Assembly (NCBI GenBank): GCA_964525635.1
Contig: CAZGJX010000017.1
Location: forward strand, 1 to 47,844
Source of the DNA: an uncultured archaeon
GTDB taxonomy: Archaea; Asgardarchaeota; Lokiarchaeia; Sigyniarchaeales; SOKP01
DNA: 47,844 nt
Direction of reading: 5' to 3'
The notes beneath the pieces were generated by a model. It was not told the DNA's origin and searched no databases. It saw nothing but the letters and a program-made list of their open reading frames with translations. A program made the position numbers and the translations under genes. Shown here piece after piece: positions 40,506-47,844 of the stretch (position 1 is its first letter; each line of letters starts with the position of its first letter).

Positions 40506-40631
40506 TTAGTTCTTTTTTCTCATAATTATTATGTTCAATATAAGTTGAAAACTATTTATATTTAAAATAAGTAAGAAAATAAAAAAAAATAAAAGATTAA
40601 AATTAGATTTGAATTAAAATTTATTTTTATT

Positions 40632-41051
40632 CTAATCATATCGTTTTCTTGTAAAAAGTAACCAGAAAAAGCCTAGGATTCCCACTATAATAGTTATAAT
40701 AGGAATATAATTGATCCATGCTTCATACCAGGTCTCTGATATATCTATGGCCAATAGGATTTGTGAAAGAGACACAACACACATCACAGGTAAAACTACA
40801 AGTGCTTGTCCCATTGCCCATTCTTCTTCCTTAAACATCCCAAGTGCAGAAATAATACCAAAAAGACCAACCACAAGCATTACTGACCAAAATGATCCCA
40901 ATGTACTTAGGAGATATTCTAATTCTTCAGGCATCCCTATGTTTATTTCAAAATATGATAACATATTTACTACTCCTAGGAATACAAAAAGTGCTCCTAA
41001 AAGCATCATAAGAATGTTTAATAATTCATTTGAGTCTTTTTTTTCACTCAT
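40632..41051 (-). CDS. Four-TM membrane protein
   Basis: Likely start MSEKKD at ATG 41051; four hydrophobic helices. Confidence 0.75.
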   Translation of the reverse strand: MSEKKDSNELLNILMMLLGALFVFLGVVNMLSYFEINIGMPEELEYLLSTLGSFWSVMLVVGLFGIISALGMFKEEEWAMGQALVVLPVMCVVSLSQILLAIDISETWYEAWINYIPIITIIVGILGFFWLLFTRKRYD

Positions 41052-41671
41052 TTTTTTAAACCTTTTTTTTAAAAAATTTAGTTTATAAATCTTAAATGGG
41101 TAACTAAAGTATTTAAACTTTAGTTTAAATATTTTTAAATAATTTTGCACTGTAAACTAACAAAATATTTTGACAAGAATAATATCTCTTTCTTTTATTA
41201 TTTCAATTTGCTAAAATTTGTTCAATTAGAATCCATAAATTTTAATAATCTTATATTAGCTTTGTAGTTTTGTTCAAGAAAAAATATATATTCCTGAAAT
41301 GGTTTTAATAATAAATACCTTTTTATTAAAATAATCTTTATAAATTATATAATATATGAAAACTTTTATAATATTTCAGAGGAATTATAATATATTAATT
41401 TTAATTCTTAATTGAATAAATTTTTAATAATATAGAAACAGTTCTAACAAAGGAAAAAATTAATATAAGAAATAAATCCTATAAAATTTAAGAGTTTTAT
41501 ATATTATTATAAATATCTGATAGTTCGATAATATTAAATGAAAAAAATAAACGTTTAGATAAATAAAAATAGGTAAAGTTGATAAAAGAACAAATGATTT
41601 AATTATATCTTTTATCTGTCCTAATACATATTTTTCTTAAAAATAAAATAATATATTAGAGGTATACTAAT

Positions 41672-42997
41672 TTGGATAATAAAATATATTTAATTGATGT
41701 AACAAATAGAGATGGAGTCCAGACTAGTCGATTAGGTCTAGCAAAATTAGAAAAAACAGTATTAAACATCTTACTTAACAAGATGGGTGTTTATCAATCC
41801 GAAATGGGCTTTCCCACAACATTGCATGAAACAAATTATATCAATGCTAATCTTGAACTTGCAGCTATAAAAGTGATCCATCCAATGATTCTTGAAGGTT
41901 GGATTCGAGCTGTTGAAGGAGATGTAAATCAAGCTGTAGTGCTTACAAGGGTTGAACATCTTAACCTATCCATATCAACATCTCAACAAATGATAAATGG
42001 TAAATTCCAAGGAAAATATAATAAAGATGATATTATTAACATGATGGTAGCTGCTGTAAAGAGAGCAAAAGAATTAGGGATTAAGACAATTGGTGTAAAT
42101 GCTGAAGATGCTAGTAGAACAAATATGGACTATTTGATTAAATTTTCTCAAGCAGCTAAAAAGGTGGGAGCTGATAGAATTCGCTATTGTGATACTTTAG
42201 GTTATGAAACACCTTATAGAATTCATATGAGATGCAAAGAATTAGCAAAAGAAGTGGGTATTGACATTGAAATACATTGCCATAATGATTTAGGTATGGC
42301 CGTAGCAAATTCTATTATGGGTGCTAAAGGTGTATTAGAAGAAGGATATGATTCTTATATAAATACAACAGTAAATAGCATGGGAGAGCGAAGTGGTAAT
42401 ACTGATTTAGTCTCTACTGTTCTTGCTTTAAAACATGGTGCTGAATGGGCTGATATAGATATGCTTGATCATAAAGTTAAACTAGATAAAGCTTGGCAAA
42501 TAGCTAAATATGCAGAACATGCTTTTGGAGTCCCAATTCCAGTTAACCAAGTTGGAGTTGGGGATAATGCTTTTGCTCATGAGTCCGGTATACACGCTGA
42601 CGGCGTACTTAAGGACCGGAAATTATACGAACTTTATGATTTCAGGGAATTGGGCAGAGGAGATAAAATATTAATAGAAACTGGGCGCTTAATTACAACG
42701 GGAGAGTATTCTGGGATAAAAGCATTTAAACACGTTTATGAGAATTTTGACTACACTTTCAAAAATGACGAAGAGGCAAGGCAAATCTTAGAATTAGTCC
42801 GGCATGCTAACGTACATAAACAGAAACCACTCGTTAAGGAAGAATTTCTCTTTATCGTAGAGCATCCAAAAATCACCCAGACACTCCTAACGATGCAACC
42901 CCCAAATATAACAATCTTTCGTCCATCTATTGAAAGAAAAATGGAGAGTCAGAAGAAAAAAGAAATAAAAAAAGAAGTAATAGAGAAAACTACTTAA
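41672..42997 (+). CDS. Homocitrate synthase-like enzyme (DRE-TIM family)
   Basis: DVTNRDGVQT, NAEDASR, CDTLG, HCHNDLG, GERSGN and FAHESGIHADG; SD GAGGT. Confidence 0.88.
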   Translation: MDNKIYLIDVTNRDGVQTSRLGLAKLEKTVLNILLNKMGVYQSEMGFPTTLHETNYINANLELAAIKVIHPMILEGWIRAVEGDVNQAVVLTRVEHLNLSISTSQQMINGKFQGKYNKDDIINMMVAAVKRAKELGIKTIGVNAEDASRTNMDYLIKFSQAAKKVGADRIRYCDTLGYETPYRIHMRCKELAKEVGIDIEIHCHNDLGMAVANSIMGAKGVLEEGYDSYINTTVNSMGERSGNTDLVSTVLALKHGAEWADIDMLDHKVKLDKAWQIAKYAEHAFGVPIPVNQVGVGDNAFAHESGIHADGVLKDRKLYELYDFRELGRGDKILIETGRLITTGEYSGIKAFKHVYENFDYTFKNDEEARQILELVRHANVHKQKPLVKEEFLFIVEHPKITQTLLTMQPPNITIFRPSIERKMESQKKKEIKKEVIEKTT

Positions 42998-43078
42998 TTT
43001 TTTTCCTCATTTTATTTTCTGTACTTCCTACTAATATATAATCATAATATTTGAATTTGTTTTTTAATTCTCAAAATT

Positions 43079-43423
43079 ATGTTTAGAAGAAAAACTAAAG
43101 ATATTATTGAAGAGGAAGTAACAAAAGCAGGTTCAACAAAAACAACAATAAGATGGCTAATTACAAAAGAAGATGGTTCTGAAAATTTTACTACAAGAAG
43201 TTTTGAAATAAAATCTGGTGGTGAAGTAGGACTCCATCAACATCCTGAAGAACATCACATATATGTTCTTGAAGGTGACGCCAAATTTATCAATGAAGAT
43301 GGAGAGATTGAATTCATAGCTTCAAAAGATGATGTAATTTACATACCCCCAAATGAATCTCATAGAATTAAAAATGACACAGAAGAAACGTTTAAATTCA
43401 TCTGTATTATTCCATATCTCTAA
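43079..43423 (+). CDS. Cupin domain protein
   Basis: HQHPEEHHIYVLEG and IPPNESH. Confidence 0.9.
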   Translation: MFRRKTKDIIEEEVTKAGSTKTTIRWLITKEDGSENFTTRSFEIKSGGEVGLHQHPEEHHIYVLEGDAKFINEDGEIEFIASKDDVIYIPPNESHRIKNDTEETFKFICIIPYL

Positions 43424-43717
43424 TAAATAATTTCTTTAATTATCATCATATTGAATTTACTATCTTATTTTTAAGATCTTCAATGTTTTACATAATATCT
43501 TTATATAATGTGAGATATATTTTTAGAATAGATAACAATAGAAAAATTAGATTTAATTTTAAAAGAAAATAAGCGTGGAATTAAATATAATAACGTGAAA
43601 AATAGTAGAATTTATGGAAAGATATGAGAATGATTAAAGAATAAGGTTATTAAAAATCACATTTAATTCTTTTGATAAATCTTATTTTATAAATCATATA
43701 AAAAAAGAGGATAAAAA

Positions 43718-44362
43718 ATGAAGACAAGACAAAAAATTATTATAGTTTTTATTGGTTTATTTATAATTCTTTCTGCAATCAGAATTTCCAACGCAGCCAC
43801 AGTTGGAATCTCAGAAGTGGGTGTCTGGGAAGGAGATGAAATTAGATGGTATGGAACCGCTTTAGGTAATACTGGTACGGTGAAGATAGCTATCGATTCT
43901 GTAAATGGAACAGGAAATGATTTAGTTGTTACAGGTGATTTATTAGGTTCTGATGGATCAGCTTTATATAATCAAATATTATTAGAATGGAATGCTGAAA
44001 CTGAAGAATTAAGTTTAGGAATTTTAAATGGGTCAGCTATACTTTTACAAGTTGTATATATCGCTCCAAAACTTAATTTAGATGCTGTGGTTACTTTTCT
44101 AGAAGATTATGGTTCTACTTGTGTTTTAAATGGTCTCGAAATATCTGCGATTAAAGGTGATTCAAATGTGGTCCTTAAATTTGATAATGATGGAATTTTA
44201 ATCTCTGCAAATGGAGATGCGCCTTCATATGGGGGTAAAATATCAATTAAAAGGGTATACGATGATGATGAAATTTCATTAGGATATACACTTTTCTTTG
44301 TAATTCCAGTTGCAATTATTCTAGTAATAATCAGAAAACGAAAAACCGTAAAATTAGCTTAA
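43718..44362 (+). CDS. Secreted surface protein with a C-terminal TM anchor (Loki-CTERM-like)
   Basis: Signal peptide MKTRQKIIIVFIGLFIILSAIRISNA; C-terminus ISLGY, TM helix, then RKRK. Confidence 0.75.
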   Translation: MKTRQKIIIVFIGLFIILSAIRISNAATVGISEVGVWEGDEIRWYGTALGNTGTVKIAIDSVNGTGNDLVVTGDLLGSDGSALYNQILLEWNAETEELSLGILNGSAILLQVVYIAPKLNLDAVVTFLEDYGSTCVLNGLEISAIKGDSNVVLKFDNDGILISANGDAPSYGGKISIKRVYDDDEISLGYTLFFVIPVAIILVIIRKRKTVKLA

Positions 44363-44558
44363 ATTGAATTTTAATTTAGAAAATTATTAAAGAAATTCCC
44401 TTTTTTTTTACTTTTTAAATTTATCCAAATGATATCTTATAATCATTTTAAAAATGGAAAATCAATTCATAATTCTTAATAAAAGTTAATAAGTTAATTT
44501 TTAAATTCTCTAATTATTTGTATTTATTATATATATAAATTAATTATTTTAAGATGAA

Positions 44559-46284
44559 ATGACAACTAATACAAAATTAATCTTCGTGACGGGAGGAGTG
44601 ATGAGTGGTATTGGTAAGGGTGTTGTCATAGCTAGCTTAGGAAAAATCCTTCAGTTTCGAGGATTTAAAATCTCTGTAGTTAAGATTGATCCTTACTTAA
44701 ATATTGATCCTGGAACGCTCAATCCAATTGAACATGGTGAATGTTTTATAACAGAAGAAGTATGGGATTTTAAGCCAGTACCCGATTCAGATGAGAGGGT
44801 ATATAAAATAAGTGAAATAGACCAAGATTTCGGTACATTTAATCATACGTATAGTATGATTTAGTAAAAACGAACGATTCTTGGGTATCACTATCCATCC
44901 CTCTAATAATATAACATCTGGACAAATATATTTATCAACGATTTTAAAAGAAAGAAAGGGTAAATTTTTAGGAAGAACCGTTCAGCTTATTCCACATGTT
45001 ACCAATATGATTAAAGAAAGATTATTTGAAATTGCTAAAAAAGAAGAATTAGATGTGCTTTTGGTTGAATGTGGGGGAACTGTGGGTGACTTAGAATCTA
45101 GCATCTTTTTAGAAAGTTTTAGACAATTAAGATTAGAATTACCAAAGAAACATACTGCTTTAGTTCATGTAACATTAATCCCATATTCTAGAGCAGTTGG
45201 TCAACAAAAATCAAAACCAACTCAACATTCTGTTAAAATGCTTCAGAGTGCAGGTTTACAACCAGATATTATAATAGGTAGAAGCGAATTTGTGTTAGAA
45301 GAGGATATTAAAACTAAGATATCCTTATTTTCTAATATTCCTAAAGAAGCCGTTATATCAAATCCAGATACAGAAAATATATATGAATTACCTTTGTTAT
45401 TTGAAGAGCAAAATCTAGGAGATCAATTGTGTGAAATCTTAGATCTAAAAGCTAAATTAGTATCTTTTAACAAAGTAACTAATTTCTCTGAATGGCAAAA
45501 AACAGTTGAATTATTCAAGAATGCTAAAGAATTAGTTAAAATAGCAATGCCAGGTAAATATTTCAATATAACTGATTCATATATTTCAATAAATGATGCT
45601 TTAGAGCATGCTGCGGTTCATCAAGGTTATAAAACAGATCTTAAAATGATTAATATTGATGAAAATCTTAATATTGAGAAAGAATTAAGTGAATGTGATG
45701 GGATTTTATTAACTCCTGGATTTGGAAGAAGAGCAGTAGAAGGAATGATTAAAAGCGCTGAATTTGCGATGGAGAAAAAAATCCCCTTCCTTGGTATATG
45801 TTTTGGAGCACAATTATTTTTTATTGCTTTCTGTAGAAAATATTTAGGATTAAAAGAAGCAAATTCTACTGAAATAAATCCTAATACTCCTTATCCTGTT
45901 GTTAATCTCTTAGAAAGTCAGAAAGAAGTAAAAGAAAAAGGAGGTACGATGAGATTAGGGGGCCTAAAAATTATATTAAATAAAGGAACCAATTTATATG
46001 GAGCCTATAGTAAAAAAGAGATTACTGAGCGTTTTCGACACAGATATCATATCATCTCAGATTATATCACAGAAGATGCTAAAGAAAAAGGATTAATTAT
46101 TTCTAGTACTGATGAGTCTGGAATGATTATTAACAGTATTGAATTAAATCGACCAGAACATTGGATGGTTGGAGTTCAATTTCATCCCGAATTTAAATCT
46201 CGTCCTTTTGCACCCTCAAGAATTTATTCAGAATTTATAAAGGAATGTATAAAGTATAGAAATAAGAGATTAGAATTCAGATAA
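44559..46284 (+). CDS. pyrG: CTP synthase, join(44559..44838,44870..46284), 564 aa after splicing
   Basis: [38 protein letters not shown] and QFHPEF are all intact; the two ORFs join when 31 nt are removed. Confidence 0.93.
44839..44869 (+). other. Putative bulge-helix-bulge (tRNA-type) intron in pyrG mRNA
   Basis: 5' strand TTCG|GTAC|AT^T|TAATCATAC pairs with 3' strand GTATGATTTA|GTAA|AA^A|CGAA; cuts after the second bulge base rebuild TAC (Tyr) in DFGTYERFLG. Confidence 0.85.
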
Positions 46285-47844
46285 TTCTCTAAATTTTAAA
46301 TCTTTTAAAATATTTAATGACTGATTTTCTGATAAAAATTTTTCTAAGTCTTTTTGTGTAATTGGATGAATTTTTGATAATTCTAATAGTTCTAACTCTG
46401 CATTTCTACTTAATAATTCCAATTTCTTAAAAAAATGATCATCATATAAACTTTTAGAGATATATTCTATTACTTCATTATAGAGTTTTAAATGCTTTCC
46501 GCGATATCCAATGTATCTAGCAAATTCTTCTCCATTTACTAATTTTATATTATTATAATGTGGTATTTTTATTCGTTTTGGTATCTTTTTTTTCAGTCGC
46601 TCAGTTAAAAGTACAATTATTAATATTCGATCAATACTTTGATAATTTTTATAAAATTTACTATATATAATTTTGAGATCTTTGGATATTGTATAATCAA
46701 TATTTATCATTTTAATATTATCTTCCAAGTCAATAAATGTATTATCAATTTTCGTGTCTCTATCAAATGTAGGACTTATTTCATAATAACCATTATATCC
46801 TTTTTCTAAACAAAATTTAATAAAAATTAACTCTAATACATTATGAACATATTTACCAATATTATTTGCTCTCTTATTGTTTGGAGAAAAAAAATCAATG
46901 TTCCAATTTTGAAAATTTTCCCCTTCATTTCTAAATTTGTTCTTTAATCTTTGAGATATAGTATTAGGAGAGGGAAAGTTATTTTTAATCATACTCAAGT
47001 ATTTTGATACAGAAGAAAAACTACCAATTTCTTCATATAACTTTTTCCATTCTTCAACATCCTCTTTTGAATATTGCTTTTGAAAATAACTAATTTTATC
47101 AACTTTATATTTTTCAAACCATTCATCATAATTCTTACTTTCTTTTTCAAATTTCTTTTGAATTCGATATTTAATTGCTGCTGGATCTGGACCAATTGCT
47201 TTGTGATTATTTTTTAAATATGAACTAACTCCATTAAAATATCCTATCTCTTCAAATATTATTATCCATTCATTTATTTCTTCATCTCTGTACTTTTGCT
47301 TAAATGTTGTAGGATTATCCGCTCTAAATTTATTTTGCCATTCCTTAAAATTTTTACTTTCTCTTATAAATTTCTTTTTTATACGGTTTTTAATGTTATT
47401 AGATGCAATTGTTAAATTATAGGTTTTTTCTAAATAACTACTTATCCCATGAAAACTACCAATTTCCTCAAATAATCTTATCCAATATTGTATTTCATTT
47501 TCATTGTGTTTTTGGAGTTTGATATTTCTTTTAAATTTCTTTTCCCAATTATTAAAATCTTGATTGTTTTTATTAAAATATTTATAGATTCTATCTTTAA
47601 TTGTTGTATCCGCTGGCCCTTTCCCTTTTGTTTTTTTTATATGATCTTTTACATGATTATAACTTCCCAATTCTTCATATAAACTTATCCATAGTTTTAC
47701 ATCTTCGTCAGAATATTTTTGAATACCATAGATTATTTTAGGTTTCCATTTTTCTATTTTAATACCTGCTACATTATGGAGTAAATTAATATATTTCAGT
47801 ATATAATTTTGTATAGGCGTTTTAGTTAAGCAAATATACTCCAT
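46270..47844 (-). CDS. Protein with four ~70-aa HTH-like repeats and a C-terminal PD-(D/E)xK-like domain (N-terminus may extend beyond the window)
   Basis: Repeat core YSxExxxxWxxLYEEIGSF...IxxRI...F..W occurs four times, followed by IGKYVHNVLE, YEISP, KIDNTF and INIDYT. Confidence 0.7.
   Translation of the reverse strand: MEYICLTKTPIQNYILKYINLLHNVAGIKIEKWKPKIIYGIQKYSDEDVKLWISLYEELGSYNHVKDHIKKTKGKGPADTTIKDRIYKYFNKNNQDFNNWEKKFKRNIKLQKHNENEIQYWIRLFEEIGSFHGISSYLEKTYNLTIASNNIKNRIKKKFIRESKNFKEWQNKFRADNPTTFKQKYRDEEINEWIIIFEEIGYFNGVSSYLKNNHKAIGPDPAAIKYRIQKKFEKESKNYDEWFEKYKVDKISYFQKQYSKEDVEEWKKLYEEIGSFSSVSKYLSMIKNNFPSPNTISQRLKNKFRNEGENFQNWNIDFFSPNNKRANNIGKYVHNVLELIFIKFCLEKGYNGYYEISPTFDRDTKIDNTFIDLEDNIKMINIDYTISKDLKIIYSKFYKNYQSIDRILIIVLLTERLKKKIPKRIKIPHYNNIKLVNGEEFARYIGYRGKHLKLYNEVIEYISKSLYDDHFFKKLELLSRNAELELLELSKIHPITQKDLEKFLSENQSLNILKDLKFRELSEF

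Noticed and set aside
44839-44869. pyrG insertion as a transposon footprint, programmed frameshift or simple pseudogene
   Set aside because: There is no target duplication; a frameshift would leave extra residues and no Tyr in the conserved motif; the rest of the gene has no lesions; the BHB geometry predicts the exact junctions
1-47844. CRISPR arrays, rRNA, complete tRNAs, DGR or provirus
   Set aside because: No regularly spaced repeats, long GC-rich structural RNA, reverse transcriptase, integrase or capsid genes were seen by eye

Overview
This is a very AT-rich archaeal chromosomal window. Its gene content (Rab-like small GTPases, roadblock and longin domains, an Sm protein, a Loki-CTERM-like anchor) points to an Asgard archaeon, most likely Lokiarchaeia/Promethearchaeota; this placement is an inference. 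Metabolic genes include iorAB, lpdA, glycerate 2-kinase, a por operon, a homocitrate synthase and pyrG. There are also two decayed DDE IS elements, two MITEs with exact target-site duplications, two IS200/IS605-type remnants and several pseudogenes. Highlight 1: pyrG is interrupted by a 31-nt insertion (44839-44869) that folds into an archaeal bulge-helix-bulge (BHB) motif. Its predicted cut sites exactly restore the conserved D-x-G-x-Y-E-R-F motif, so it is an apparent tRNA-type intron in an essential mRNA. Highlight 2: PorB is circularly permuted, with the break inside the TPP-binding motif. Highlight 3: a roadblock-Rab GTPase-degenerate nuclease/DUF4268 fusion. Highlight 4: a secreted dockerin protein is disrupted by a MITE in its signal peptide. 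Highlight 5: probable ATT/ATA start codons and a 49-aa zinc-finger gene missed by the ORF track. All family calls come from motif recognition by eye; no searches were run.
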